Assembly (NCBI GenBank): GCA_973895155.1
Contig: OZ316898.1
Span: 6,683,079-6,747,078 of the forward strand
Length of the DNA stretch: 64,000 bases
Reading direction: 5' to 3'
From: Marsupella aquatica
Taxonomy: Eukaryota > Plantae > Marchantiophyta
The position numbers and the translations under genes were made by a program. The notes under the pieces were generated by a model, which saw nothing but the letters and a program-made list of their open reading frames with translations, did not search any database and was not told the DNA's origin. Shown here piece by piece: positions 46,556-59,654 of the stretch (position 1 is its first letter; the number at the start of each line of letters is the position of its first letter).

Positions 46556-47186
46556 TCTCTCCCCTTCTATTCTTCGTGGCTTATAGACTGATGTGCGCTT
46601 TCTGATCAATCAGCCTTCTCATGCAGCGAGATGATCACACAGTCTCGACGCTAACCGTCTGCTGCTCGAATTCCCAATGCGTTCTCGATCTTACACTGCT
46701 CGGCTCTTCATCGAGACGCAAGCAAGACAAGCGGAGAACCCTGGACCCTACTGTCACTCTGAAAATGATGAACAGCAAAATTAGAATGCTCGCACATGCT
46801 TCACTGCACTTCAAGCAAATATATAGTAGTCAAGTGAGAAAAGAGTGTCACTGTCCTCTCAGCACCAAAGAGCGTCGGGCGTTCCCCCTAGACCAGAAGC
46901 GACCAAACGCTAGATCGCTCACTTGGAGTAGTCAAGATCACTGGCCGCTAAACGGAATGTGATCGAGCAAACTATACGCTACGTAGAGATACGACTCAAC
47001 AGCTAGCTATACTGATCAACTACGATCGCTCCTCATGCAATTATAATTAATTGTCGATATAGACAGCAGAATACAGGATCACCCATCATCCAATTGTTAA
47101 ATGTCAATCTAGCAGACGGCAAGTGACACCTACCAAGTCGTACTTGCGGTAGAGTGACTGTGCAGGAAATAGCGTTGAGTGGGGAT

Positions 47187-47434
47187 CCTGAAGCTGTCGC
47201 AAACTTTTGCGGATAGAAGGGTCTCGAAGCTCACTCTGAGCGAGCAATGGAAAACGGATAAACAGAAACCAGACAACAAATGAGACTGATAGCTACCTTC
47301 TCCAGACAACCCTGAAGCTGTTCCAAAGCTTTGCTGGATAGAAGGGTCTCGAAGCTCACTCTGAGCGAGCAACGGAAAAAGGATAAACAGAAACCAGACA
47401 AGGAATGAGACTGATAGTTACCATGTCCAGACAG
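47187..47434. repeat. ~124-bp tandem duplication upstream of the F-box gene
   Basis: CCTGAAGCTGT..GGATAGAAGGGTCTCGAAGCTCACTCTGAGCGAGCAA..CCAGACA occurs twice. Confidence 0.9.
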
Positions 47435-47984
47435 TCAATACTCCAGTCAAGGTCATAGCTGTTCGAGTCTCGCTTGGTCTCTGGCCAGTTCTCCTGCTGT
47501 GCTGTCATTGCTTGCGCATGACTCTCTTGGGTACAGAAGTGCGATTTAATCTCTCTTCCGGCGATAAGACGTCTGGGGTGTCGCTCTCAGTATATTCATT
47601 AAATCTATTATAGATAGCTGCAAAATGTACCATATGTATCCGGAGCCAGATGGTCCCAATAAAGGTGGGGAGGAAGAGCCAAAAAGTAAATACATGGGTC
47701 TTATCAAGTGTCGTAATATTAGTCCGTGTTTACAAGTACAAGCCATAGATTGGAGCCATGTGGGTACACTCTTAATCAATCCGTGTTTGCCAGTACAAGT
47801 ATGTGCGTATACTCATCAAGATACCTATATGTGTTACAAGGACAGCTCTAGAATGGAAGTAGACTCAGGTTCTCTAGCGTACAACACATTGGTTAGTCAT
47901 ATCATTCTCTAAGTAATTCACGCCTTCCGTATCTCTAATTTCATAGCAATTTTCAATTTTGGTTAAATTCAAAAAACGGTTTGA

Positions 47985-48061
47985 AAATGATGCTCCCATG
48001 GACCACAAAGTTAAAATCCATTTCTATGGATTTCAAATTTGTGGTCCATGGAGTATCATTT
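47985..48061. repeat. Imperfect ~37-bp-arm inverted repeat (MITE/foldback relic)
   Basis: AAATGATGCTCCCATGGACCACAAAGTTAAAATCCAT-TTCT-ATGGATTTCAAATTTGTGGTCCATGGAGTATCATTT. Related GTGGTCCA motifs occur at 48377-48440. Confidence 0.8.
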
Positions 48062-50086
48062 AACTCACATTTCTCAAAATTTGAGTTAAATTACAATAAT
48101 TTGATATTTATATATTCAAATAATTGTTTTAGTTCTGAGTATGTGCTAGAAGAATAGGTAAGCTATACTTCCTTCAAAGTGACTATGATTTTTGGCCATT
48201 TTGGTTGAATTATTCACCATGGAATGCAGAGGGGTAAATTCTAATAGATTAATTTTCATTGCATTGATATGAAATATTAGGGCTTGTGCTTTGTTGTCTC
48301 TTCCTTCTCTAGTTGCCTTGCCAGTGAAAAACTAAATTATTATAAGACTCATAATCATCAAATTACAAGCCCAAAACTCCCATGGATCAACCAAATGTGG
48401 TCCACGGGAGCAACATGCCCAATGTGGTGGTCCATCTGGGCTTCACTTTCAAAATTGTTTTCATTATTCATTTTTTCAAACAATATTTCATAACTTGCAA
48501 GGAGGATTGAGGTCACAAATTTAATATTCGGAATGAGTAGGCACCAACTATTTCCCCCAAGAGAAGACCAATCTTCAATTAGTTGGTGGACTTGGCAAAC
48601 TTTAATACTTGTAAGGAACTAATACAAATTTCATTCAACATTGTGATGAGACCTAGAGTTGAATGTACAAAAAGTTTGCACTATATGGATGTAATATAAA
48701 GATTGCAACTTAAATGTAGCTAATGATATTGGATCGAGAATGGCTAGTGATGTCTTGAGTGTGCTAGAGTATAAATGTGCAGGATGATCCAACAAACACA
48801 TCCTCATCAACAGTGGTCCTCACCAGGACATCGATGCACAGACTGTCCTTGCGGGTCTCCTTCGGCTTCTCAAGCAGTGACATTGATACCCCGATTGGTA
48901 CTCATCAACAAGTTCCAAGGCTCCAAGTTATCCTCCAAAGCAAATTTCCAAGCTCCTCATCCTGATGTCAATCAACAAGCTTCTAGTGTCCATAGTCCTG
49001 CTGTCTAGCTCATCCAGCCTGTCTCCCTTATCTACAATTCGGTGCTCGGTAAGTGAAGAACCTCTTGACTTGAGGGATTCCAACAGGTTGTCACTTCTAG
49101 CAATTGTTAAATTCTTCATTTTAGAATTCTCCAGGTTGTTTGAATTAAGTTTTAATATCAATTTGTCTGGTTATTTAATTTCCTCCTGCCATCTGTTATT
49201 TGAGCATCTACTTTGAAATTTTTTATTTTTTCAAAGTATAGGTCTAATTGTTTTTCTTGTATTGATTTAAACACATATAGTCTTGCTTGTTAAGAATCAC
49301 AGAAAATTTGCATTCAAAAAATCTAAATATTAGGTAACCTTGTCAGCCATTTATTTTAGGAGCCCATGGGAAGTGGCTTCCAAATTCTCTAGCACCACCT
49401 TGGGTGCATGTGACCACATCAACATTTTTAGCCACAAATAAGAGTTTGTATCCAAGTGTGTATGCTTGCTGCACAATAAATTAACAATAAAGATGGTGTA
49501 CATATCTGAATCAAGATCAAAAAAATTGGCTAGACTTGAGGACTGAAACAAGTTAGAAAATTAAAAAAAATTAAGACCTCAAGTAACTCAATTAGACAAA
49601 ATTGGACTTTGTAAAATTGGAAATTGACAAGGCATATATATCAAAGTAAATGATGTATTAAATATGACTATAAACTTATTTGTCCAATTGATGACAACAC
49701 AAATTGATTGATTAACACAATATATTCAATCTGGGTTTGAACTGGTCTTCATATGATTTAACTTAATTGAATTATATTTTATTGATATATAAAAATCACT
49801 TTTGTCTTAATTGGGGCTAATTTATTACGGACCCCATTAGAGGTCCCTTCCAAAATTTGAGACTCCACAGCATGCCACATCATCATGGCGTGCTACAAAC
49901 AAGAACAAATTGGTTTCCAAAATAAAATTACTCCCCCTTTCATGTTTGTGGCAAGTTCTCGATAAAAAATGAGAAAGCCATGCCATAAAACATAATGTAA
50001 TTTTATGTGACATAACTGCTTTAGTTACCATTTTATTTACATCAAAGTAAATCCTGGACAAACGGGGTTCCTGACAATACCCAAAG

Positions 50087-50241
50087 TTGAATGGATTGAA
50101 TGCAAGATTGGCATCAAGGTGGCAATGCAAGCTTTCGGAAAAAAGATTGGAAGATGGCCTAATTCCTGAACTTGAATGGATTGAATGCAAGATTGGCATC
50201 AAGGGTGGCAAGCTTTCGGAAAAAAGATTGGAAGATGGCCT
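50087..50241. repeat. ~70-bp direct duplication
   Basis: TTGAATGGATTGAATGCAAGATTGGCATCAAGG..GCAAGCTTTCGGAAAAAAGATTGGAAGATGGCCT occurs twice. Confidence 0.88.
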
Positions 50242-53000
50242 GCACTATTACTAGTCATACGAGATTTGAAGGTGATGTGGGTGTGGAAGTTTAGGTAGAC
50301 GAGTTTATAAATGAAGATTCTGGACAATCATACCAACAAATTTGAGATCCAATTTCCCTCATGATACAATGAACTAAATAGCCACTAAAAATGGTGCTCG
50401 AGATGTTCAGTAGAAATGTTTCTGAGGACTTTCTATGGCTGAATACGAAAGGAAAAATTGAGAGATTGAGGAGGAGCAGCGATCAGGGGCTGCTAACCGA
50501 CGTGCCTGCCCAAATAGTAACAGAAGAGCCAACTCAAATCATGACATCCAAGCGGAAATTCAACTCCATGTGATTCAGTGGGAAAAAAAACATAACATAG
50601 TTGTTTCCATGTAGTAGCAAGTTTTACATTGCAAAACACATAATGTATCATGCAAAAAAATCAACTAGGAGTAAAGACATCTTCAGCATCACACATTGTA
50701 TAACTCATATACCAACATCACACATTGTCCAACACATATCTCACTACTTTTCAATCTCAACATTTATTGAAGCTACAAACACAAAATAGATAGGGGTCCA
50801 CAAACTAATTTCTACTATAGCAAAAGATTCAGTTCTTTTCTTGAGGCGTTGATCTCAATAATTGAGAAGAAATTTTAATGGCAATTGTCAATCCTGGCAC
50901 CATTAGAGTCCCAATTATTTAGAATGTGCAAGAGAATGTGCTAAATTTCTTGTGTTATATATCTTTGCAATATGTGTTATTCATGCTCTGCTAGAAGTGA
51001 ATCAAACAGATCATTCCAGCAAACCCAAATGCACAACTTTTTGTTCAATACAAAGGGTATGAGTTTGCTCTAGTATATCAGATTCTTGTGTTGCATGTAT
51101 ATGTGAGGTTCATGAACCCGTTCATGAACCTTCAGTCAAATCTTGTTCACACTTCTAATTTTTTCTGTTTAAATTTTTACAATAAATCTGTTTTTTTAAT
51201 TTAAGTGTATGTGAGACCCTTTTGACTTGTGACCATAAATAACTAGTATTGATCGTACCATCTTAGTGTCACACACTAGTATTGGGAGTGCAATTTATTG
51301 AAAAACATTTACACAACCTATGTGGACGAGTGAATGTGGGTCCCCACTCCAATTCCAGCTTGATCAGATTGGATGGGCTACCGTAGGACAGGTAATTCAG
51401 TGCCCACTCAATCTCATCTTCAACTTACTACAGATCTCTAGGCTTGAAAACATTCTCACCGAGAATAATATAATCTACATGCACACACCTTAGTTACACT
51501 CTCCAAGATATGCTTTCGACGGGTTGAAGCTGATGGATCAAGTCCAAGTTGTAGGAGCCCAGTGTACCAATGACCTCCAGCTAATTCAAATCTCACTGAA
51601 AATCTACCGTTGACACAACTATTAAGTCTTTCCTAAGTCTACTATATTGATTCGAACAGCTTCAGCTATTAAGCCCTTTCTAGTATAAATACATTATATT
51701 CCCCTGTACTCCCTCATATAGATCTTTTGCATTATTTTACCCACATATCCTCTTATTATTCCCTTAAGGAAATGTTTCCATTCCACATTAAGAAAACACA
51801 AAAGTTCCATGCACCCTAAACCCATACAATTCTATAGTTGCAGGTGTTAAACCCCATCCTTACAAAAGTTGTGCTGCCTCTATTCTAATGCACAATGAAT
51901 TTCAAGGATACCTTATGGGCCAAATATTCCTGACAGCAAATCATAGTTTTCTTGAATAGGGACATAATTTATATTTGCATAATAGGCTGTAAAATAGGTT
52001 CCCAACAGGTTGCAAAATTTCAACAATTCAGTAGTGTATGAAACTCAAAACCTTTTGCACTCATTCCTCTTCCTTGTATTACAAGGCATGCATTGGCAGT
52101 ACTTGTACCGGTTTGGGCAAGATAGAAGGTGACTTTTCAAATTGGATGTCCCTAGCCTGAATGATTCAAAAAACTTGGAAAACTTGTGCTTGGACCAGTA
52201 ACCGTTCTAGCGTTCTAGCCAGAGAGAATGATAGAATGTCCACATTCTGTTTTAGAAAGTTTGTATTAAAACTTGCGCTTGGACCAGAAAGTTAGTTTGA
52301 AGAGAACAACAAGATGAATCTAAATCCAAAGGTAGAGCTGGTCAATTGAAAACAAAACAAAATTGTTCCTGAGTTGTCCAGTCTCCAGTCCAATCTTGAA
52401 TTGCAAGACACTAGACATCAAAACATGTAGAATGAGATTTAATGTGCCAAAACTTGCTACCGTTGGCAAGGTCACATAGTATGTTGCCTTAATGGTCAGT
52501 GCTCCTCGCAACATGCCAATAACTGCAACACTACTTTAAAGTTGATTGTCTTGTTGACTGCCATCTACAATGTTCTGCATTGGATCTAATTGCCATTGGT
52601 CAATCAGCTAAGTATCCCATGAAAGCAAAGTATAGAAGCTATTCCTTGCATGGGATCTCATTTGGGAATGTGATGCATTTGAAAAGCAGAACCACATGAA
52701 ATTCAGAAAATAATTTAGACCAAGCTATTCCATGCCAATGATCAATCATAAGAAACTTGCCCAATGAGACAAATCTCTAAGCCCCAGCTTTGGCCGCTTC
52801 ACACCTAGAATAGATACAATGCTACATGATAGCAACCCTCGTACACCAACATCCACATGCCTCTCACATATGTTGAAATGAAGGAGGTTCTCGAGATCAA
52901 GGCTGGGATGGGGGCCGAGACCAATGAAGGGACAGCTATTGCTCATACCTCTGAATGCGAGATTGAAGGGGCGGAGTACTATTACTACTCAGACCTTTCT

Positions 53001-53251
53001 TGTCTTGAACTGAAATGGGTCCGAAGAACACTTCGTAGTCTCTCTCCACCCCAATAGTGACACTTTCTTTGTAGGGAACCCATTTCAGGGTGAGCCCCCA
53101 CATATCCGAGAGGGACCCGCACCAGGAGGGAGAGAGGATTAAACAGGGCTACAAAATGGCAACCAGGGATCGAGTAGATAATCAGAACTCTCATCCACTA
53201 CCCACACACATATACCTGTGACTTTTCAGTTCCACGCTCATCCTCTAGCCA
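53001..53251 (-). mobile_element. 251-bp non-LTR retroposon-type insertion
   Basis: Flanked by a 14-bp duplication, ACTCAGACCTTTCT (52987-53000) / ACTCAGACTTTTCT (53252-53265). The minus-strand 3' end reads CAAGACA, running into AGA of the target. Confidence 0.7.
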
Positions 53252-53278
53252 ACTCAGACTTTTCTGAATGTTTGGAAG

Positions 53279-53406
53279 CCAGTTTGGACTTGTCTGACAA
53301 ATAAGTGGTCTGGACCCCAACAGATGACATTTGTCACACCCGGTCATCCCGGCCCCGACCTATCTGGGCCCAACCCCGGCCTGGCCGCCCCCCCCTCCTC
53401 CCCCCC

Positions 53407-53437
<31 letters not shown>

Positions 53438-53633
53438 ACACGACCTTACCCAGGGGGGCGGCTTGCTAAACCAGGGAAGTCCAGGACCGGGCCGGGAGGG
53501 GGTCAGGAAAGTTCGGGACCAGGCCGGGAGAGGGTCAGGAAAGTTTGGGACCGGCTGGGGATATCGACAAATATGCAACAAATGACCCCTTTTGGAGCCG
53601 ACAAATGACACGTTGTCGTGTTCAAATGGGGGC
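53279..53633. mobile_element. 355-bp GC-rich MITE-like insertion
   Basis: Flanked by TTGGAAG direct repeats (53272-53278, 53634-53640). Imperfect TIRs (G)CCAGTTTGGAC / GTTCAAATGGGGGC; internal inverted CCGG-rich repeats, poly-C and (CA)n. Confidence 0.65.
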
Positions 53634-56600
53634 TTGGAAGACCCTCACTGGATGGGGTTGAGGCCAGTGAAGACTACATCTTCAGAGGCGGTTGAAGACT
53701 CAGAGCATGCAGCTGCTGAGACAAGTCAAGGATGATATTAATGGGTGCTGGAAGGAAGATTCATTGCCACAAAACAAAGAAGCTCAGGTAGGGAATAGTT
53801 CGCGGAATAGTACCAATCAACTACTTTTGGACAACGAGTGAGCATCCGTTGAGCATCAACACAAATCTCCGCTTGCTCAATTTCAGTGAGTGAAGGATCT
53901 TTGACACTCGCTGACATCTTGTCTACAGAGAGGGCCATGCCACTGGCCAGCAGATTGATGAAGTAACCTGGGATTGGGAATAAATTCCGTTACTCTGCTG
54001 TTCCTGAACTCGGAGGTTGTTAGCCAGTAGTTTAAATCTGTACTGATTAGATTAATTGTGATCCTAGCGAAGAGTTTCAACCAAGCTCAAGTCATGTTAA
54101 ATGCTAACTAAGGGAGGGGGATTTCAGTGAACTACTCATTCTGCTTTTCTCCCGGACAGTTCAATGCAGTCTTGCACTTGTTTACATAAGTTATTCAGCA
54201 TGAGTTGTGCATGAGTGCAATGACCCAGTACGGATCGCTTATCGTGGATGAGGTGTTCAGGGTCGTCTATTGGAGAAGGACTATGCAGAGGAAGAAGTAT
54301 TTGTAAGTTCGTGTTTGACTGGACTGGAGCCAAGCTTGCGACCCCAGCTTGCTAATCTGTATTTGGACCTCGTGATGTGTGTTCAGCAGGTACAATGTGG
54401 GAAGGCCCTTTATTTACTCCTTCAAGTAGGCCGATTGTCCAAATCGCTACTTCTTTTTCTTTGCATTCTTCTTTTCCGTTGCATTACAACAATGTCTTGA
54501 GATTGGGGAAGGTGCTCTAGGGTCATTATTTATCAGAGCGCTGGTACCGGCACAAACGAAAGTTCCTCGTTAGCCTCTAGAAGAAGATGAGCAGTTGGAA
54601 CCCAATTGTGGCCATTTACAGTCTTCTCTTTTGCATGAATGCTCACATTTTTTGGTGTCACAACATGCTGTGTCCATCAGATGAGTATTTGGTGGTGGGC
54701 CATTACTGCGTCAACTTCCGAATTTGCCAAGCACAAGCAATATATGCAGAACACATCAATTCGAAACAAAGCTCCCATAAACTTCAATTTTTCACAAAAT
54801 GTTTGAATGGAACCCAAATTTTAGTGTTTGCTTGCAACCCAAATTGGTAAGCCCTACCCTTCAATTCTTTTGATACTAGAGAATTTGGTTTCCAGGTTGA
54901 ACCGAACCGCGGACTTGAAGTCCACGTCATATAATGTACAAACTTCCTTATTGCCGTCTATTTCAGCGTATTTTGCTGCAGATGGCTTTACAAAGCTTCT
55001 TGGGATATTGTTACTCTGCACCAACCCCACTATAGCTTTCGCATAGGGTCCTGTGTACCTTCGACACACCCTTCATACCTTGGAGTCCACTTCTTTTACT
55101 TCCTTACCGCTTCTCAAGTCAGCATCTGGTCCGCTTCGTTACTTAGACAATGCCTAACAGTCATGGCATAGAAATCTGTCCAAACCAGGTGCTTACAGGA
55201 GTGAACGAAGAAGTACGTCACACTCCCTCCTTGCCTAGCTCCCTCGATTTTAACAGCTACCCTACCCTCGAGTACCGCACCCTGGGAAACGCCTTAAGTA
55301 TTTTGGCTTCCCAGACCAATGCTTGACTTCTCTCGGTCTAAAAGACGTCATTGAGTCAATAATCCAATACGAGCTTCCAATCCACTTTTTGGCTGCTATT
55401 TCTTTTCCCTGAGGGATGGCTCGAAAGGATGTCCTCCCGGTTATCCTTCCCTGGAAACTATGGTTTGATGAAACAGCCTGTATGCCACAATAGTCTAACT
55501 TTGGAAACGCGTTATTTAAAAATTCAATGGAACTTCAGGAGAAAATCCTCACCAAGAGAATTAAGCAGGGTTCATGCTCTAGTAACTCGACAGGCTTGAA
55601 GAAAGATTTACATTTGCGAGAAACCAGAAATCAGTGTACATCGATCTACGGTCCGCGACTTTCTAAGTCCAGAGTAGACCAAGATTGCATCGCTCAGGCA
55701 TCCAATAAATAAGGATGGACAGTCTTCGAACTGAGCCGGCCAGTTTCATAGATTTCATTGAACACTCCATGCGTCTGCAACTCGTCGATATATACTACTT
55801 TCTTTCCCGGACCTTTTCTAAATTCTGAAGCGTACCCCAGCTCCGAAGATAGATCATCCTGAACTTTGTAGACAAACAGATGAAGGACGTCTAGCTTGTT
55901 GCCCCGGATGAAGTTGTATCTTCAAGCAAGGAAACAGTGGCTTTTGGAGAACGAACATCGTCCGCAATGTATCTTGAAAACTTGACAGTCGGGTCATGTC
56001 TTTGCTGGCCAACCATAATAATTGGTGTCACTGACTGCATTCAACTCAGAAATCCAGGAGGTCAATTGCTTCCCTGTAAACCTCAGCAACACCAAATTAA
56101 GATGGAAATAACAACTCATCAATTCATCGATTCCCTTGTTTTGGAGGGTCCTCTAGCTCCGCTTCACTTTCCACATGCACGTACAGTCACGTTTGTCTAC
56201 AAGGCTGCTTCGTAGCTTGTACCGAGTCCTCGAGAGCTATAGTAGTTGGCGAAATCTATCAAATCACAATGTCTGGATACAGTGAGGGACCTCAGCCCAG
56301 ACCCCGACTCGAAACAACCTGCAATTCTAAGGTAGAGGAACGGAGATCTTCTCGTCATCTACAAAGATCCTGCGTTATACGGTACGTGCTGTAGAAAAAT
56401 GGGTAAAATGGGTTTGCGTAGGTACGCAACTACTGCATCTAAATATCCTGAGCTTAAACTCGGGCTTAAACTATTCGACAACTGTGACTCCCATCCAACG
56501 GAGCGCACTGCATCGCACTGATAACTCCGTCACCGCACGAGGAAGATACCTTAGTTTACGGTGAAGGAAAGAACTCTGAGGCTTAGAATTCACAGCTCAA

Positions 56601-57212
56601 CAACAGATCGAGCTTCAGAGATGCCGCGGATTGAAGACAAAGTGTAATATGTAGGACTTCGTCTCGATCATGTCGCCCGGTGAAGATTGAGGTTCTCATT
56701 GGCGCTGCTCTTGTCTAGTAGTCTGTTCGGAAAACTAGAAAGAATCCATGCATGCTAGTTGGGTGGAAAGGTACCAGCAGACAGAAGACCTCAACCAAAT
56801 TCTGCGATTTGTGTTTTGCTGAAAGACGCAATTGGAAGTGTTTCGAACCAAAAGAGCATCTTAATTTCACTGGCTGACTTTGGTGGCCATCGTTTGCGGA
56901 TTCTTACGGTTGGCAACGGGTTGGCAACTTACAGGTTTGCTATTTGAAAGATGGAGACTTGGGAAGATATATAGCTGCTGGTTGTGAACGCTCTGTCTCG
57001 TGTGTCTGCTCACTACCATTCGTGATTTGGAGTGATCTTTGTCCTACTAGTCAGCTTAGGGACTTGAGTGAATCGCTCCAGGTACAAGCTTTTGATTGAG
57101 CGCCGGTAAGCTTTGTCGAATTTGAGGTCGACAACTTTGTTTCAGGATCGGGAAGGAGTGGGCACAGTTGTACTTAGTTGTCATACATCTTTGTCAAAGA
57201 TCAATATTATTA

Positions 57213-59654
57213 ATGGATCTCTGGGTCGAAGATTTGAATTGGAGGAAATTTGGGAGCCAACAAAGAGCAGATGACTGGGAGTTTTATCTGGAGAAATATG
57301 GTCAATACTTTTCTCGAGGTATATCTGTAGACTGGGATGCAGGGCCTCTGAAGGATTTGCCTTCTCACAGCCATTCAAATTCACACTTCACAATCATGAA
57401 ATCCCTTGATGCGGATGAGTGGGAGTACATAATGCAGATTTTGGCTCGCATCGATGTCTCTCAAATTGAGCACATGGAGTTGGAGCGTCCCCATGCTCTT
57501 GCAGAGAATAACTTAAGTACGTCGTTCAGGGAAGCCGTCGGAATGGATCGGTTCAGAAGTGTCCTTGGAAGCGGCCGATTCTCAGGGCTCAAGACGCTGA
57601 GAATTAGAGAGACTTCCATAATGAAGTCCGGTTACCAGGTAGATATTTTCCTGGGAAGTGAGGGAAGTGCAGATCTAGCAGAAGCATTGGAATTTGGCCG
57701 GTTTACAAACCTTCTTACACTATCCCTCCCACAATGCGATGTCAAGGCGATTTTAGGGGCCTTGAAGGCCGGACATATTTCTCAACTCCGGTCATTTTCC
57801 ATCAGAATCGACGGATTTAGTGATTTCATTCCTTCATCCAGCGAGAAACGCTATCTTCAACGCAATCTGTCTCAAAATTTGTGGGAAGCTTTTGAAAGCG
57901 GGTGCTTTAAAAGCTTGCAGCATCTCGACTTTTGTGGTCCAGTCCTCCGTAATATAACAAGCTGGAGGGTTTTTATTCGCGCGATGGAGTCTGGGAAGGT
58001 ACCAAATCTAAGATCTCTCAGCTTGAGTAACGATAGTGGATGTAAGCTGGCGGATTTGGTCCCGTTCCTTTTGTCAACGCCTCTTGAGAACCTCATCATG
58101 GATGGCTGTCAGATCAACTCAGTACAAGTTGAGCGCTTCACAAATGTAATAATGACCCTGGGCGCTCGGAGTGCGTTAGCGTTGAAGCGTCTCGATCTGC
58201 ATAATAATATTCTGGATGATAGGGCGGTTCCTGCTTTGGAACGCCTGGCCTACTCAGAGAAGCTGGCTCAGTTGGAGGACTTGGATCTGAGTGGGAACCC
58301 CGGAATGACGTCAAGAGCTCTAATAGCTTTCATGGAGACCATTGAAAGATCCCACCATCCCAGCTTCAAGCTTTTGATTCGCGCGAGAGACCTTCGATTT
58401 GAATCACTTGCAGCACAAGCCATTGTGCGACTCTACGATGAAAACGATGGGCTGGCAGAGGAGTGGTATCAAGTGATTTACCGTTCTCCAAAGGTGACTG
58501 AGCGCATGGACACAAGGGTGACTCAGTACAGTGTTCAAAAGATTCAAGTCAAGGACATGAAGGAGGACAGAGTAGATTGGAATTGGGATCTCCCACACTA
58601 TCTGCCGCCGAGTGGATCGGGCTTCAGGTCCACAATGGAGCATTCTGGAACTATCATTGAAAGAAGTGGATTCTCAACGGTGGAGGCGCTAAGATTGAGA
58701 ATTATCTCTGAGAGGTCCGAGGATCCAGCACCTTTTGGTCTGGGACAGGAGAGAAGAAGTACACATCTCACAGCAGCATTAATGACTGGCCAGCTCACAA
58801 GCTTGCTTACACGATCCCTCCCCGCCGGTGGTGTCAGTTTGCTTACACTATCCCTGCCTATCTGTGATGTCAGTGCAATTTTGGGGGCCTGCATAGAGGG
58901 ACTCGACAATCTTTCTCGGAGCAAACTACATGTTCAGCAACTGGACGTAGTTTCGAAAGGTGAGTGCTTCAAAAGCTTGCAACATCTCGAACTATCTAAC
59001 GGGGTGATTGATGGACTCGATGGCTGGGATATTTTCACTCGGGCAATACATTCTGGAAGCTTGCAGCATATTACATCACTGCGCCTCAGCCAGAATGCCT
59101 TGAATCGAATTAACTTGGAGACTTTGGTCCCCTTGATTTTGTCGAATTCGCTTGTAAACCTCGCCATGGATAGCTGTCGGATCAACTCACACCAGATTTG
59201 GGGCTTGGCAGATTCATTGGTCATGAATGGCCGCGAGACTGGATTGGCATTGAAGTGGCTAGATCTCTATGACAATCTGTTGGGGAAAACGGCAGTTGAC
59301 GCTGTGGTAAATCTAGCTGACTCATATTTGTTGCCTCATTTGCAAGTATTGAATTTGGGAAGGAACGTGGGAGTAAGTCTGAGAGATTTCAGGAGCTTGA
59401 CGGAGACCATTGGAAGGGGCCGTCTTCCCAGCTTGGAGACTCTCATTTGGGTAGGAAATCCAGTAGATGACATCGCTGCAGAGGCCATTGTAAGGGCGTA
59501 CGATGAAAATGAAGACCTCACAACGACATTTGATATTACTTGGAATCAAGTGAGAGATCCTGCATTGAAGACGACGGTGAATGAGTACAGGGCTCAGAAC
59601 ATTCGACTCAGGAGAAGCTACATGATTGACAACAGCTCCGACATATCAATGTAG
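57213..59654 (+). CDS. LRR-only TORNADO1-like protein, truncated before ROC (copy D; gene or recent pseudogene)
   Basis: First ATG at 57213 (MDLWVEDLNW). Colinear with the copy B LRR region up to NIRLR (about 59612), then 13 unrelated codons and a stop. Upstream 56650-57210 is homologous to the copy B upstream region. Confidence 0.8.
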   Translation: MDLWVEDLNWRKFGSQQRADDWEFYLEKYGQYFSRGISVDWDAGPLKDLPSHSHSNSHFTIMKSLDADEWEYIMQILARIDVSQIEHMELERPHALAENNLSTSFREAVGMDRFRSVLGSGRFSGLKTLRIRETSIMKSGYQVDIFLGSEGSADLAEALEFGRFTNLLTLSLPQCDVKAILGALKAGHISQLRSFSIRIDGFSDFIPSSSEKRYLQRNLSQNLWEAFESGCFKSLQHLDFCGPVLRNITSWRVFIRAMESGKVPNLRSLSLSNDSGCKLADLVPFLLSTPLENLIMDGCQINSVQVERFTNVIMTLGARSALALKRLDLHNNILDDRAVPALERLAYSEKLAQLEDLDLSGNPGMTSRALIAFMETIERSHHPSFKLLIRARDLRFESLAAQAIVRLYDENDGLAEEWYQVIYRSPKVTERMDTRVTQYSVQKIQVKDMKEDRVDWNWDLPHYLPPSGSGFRSTMEHSGTIIERSGFSTVEALRLRIISERSEDPAPFGLGQERRSTHLTAALMTGQLTSLLTRSLPAGGVSLLTLSLPICDVSAILGACIEGLDNLSRSKLHVQQLDVVSKGECFKSLQHLELSNGVIDGLDGWDIFTRAIHSGSLQHITSLRLSQNALNRINLETLVPLILSNSLVNLAMDSCRINSHQIWGLADSLVMNGRETGLALKWLDLYDNLLGKTAVDAVVNLADSYLLPHLQVLNLGRNVGVSLRDFRSLTETIGRGRLPSLETLIWVGNPVDDIAAEAIVRAYDENEDLTTTFDITWNQVRDPALKTTVNEYRAQNIRLRRSYMIDNSSDISM

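Larger units (their letters stand above)
52860..54210 (+). pseudogene. Fragment of a TORNADO1-like Roco gene (copy E): COR end, acidic linker and 3' flank, interrupted by two insertions
   Basis: VEMKEVLEIKAGMGAETNEGT..EIEGAEYYYYSD matches copies A and C. DNA homology resumes at 53252-53278, 53634-53965 and 54138-54210, with frameshifts and deletions. Confidence 0.88.

Noticed and set aside
54600-56100. Decayed coding-like sequence on the minus strand
   Set aside because: Multiple stops and no recognisable motif.
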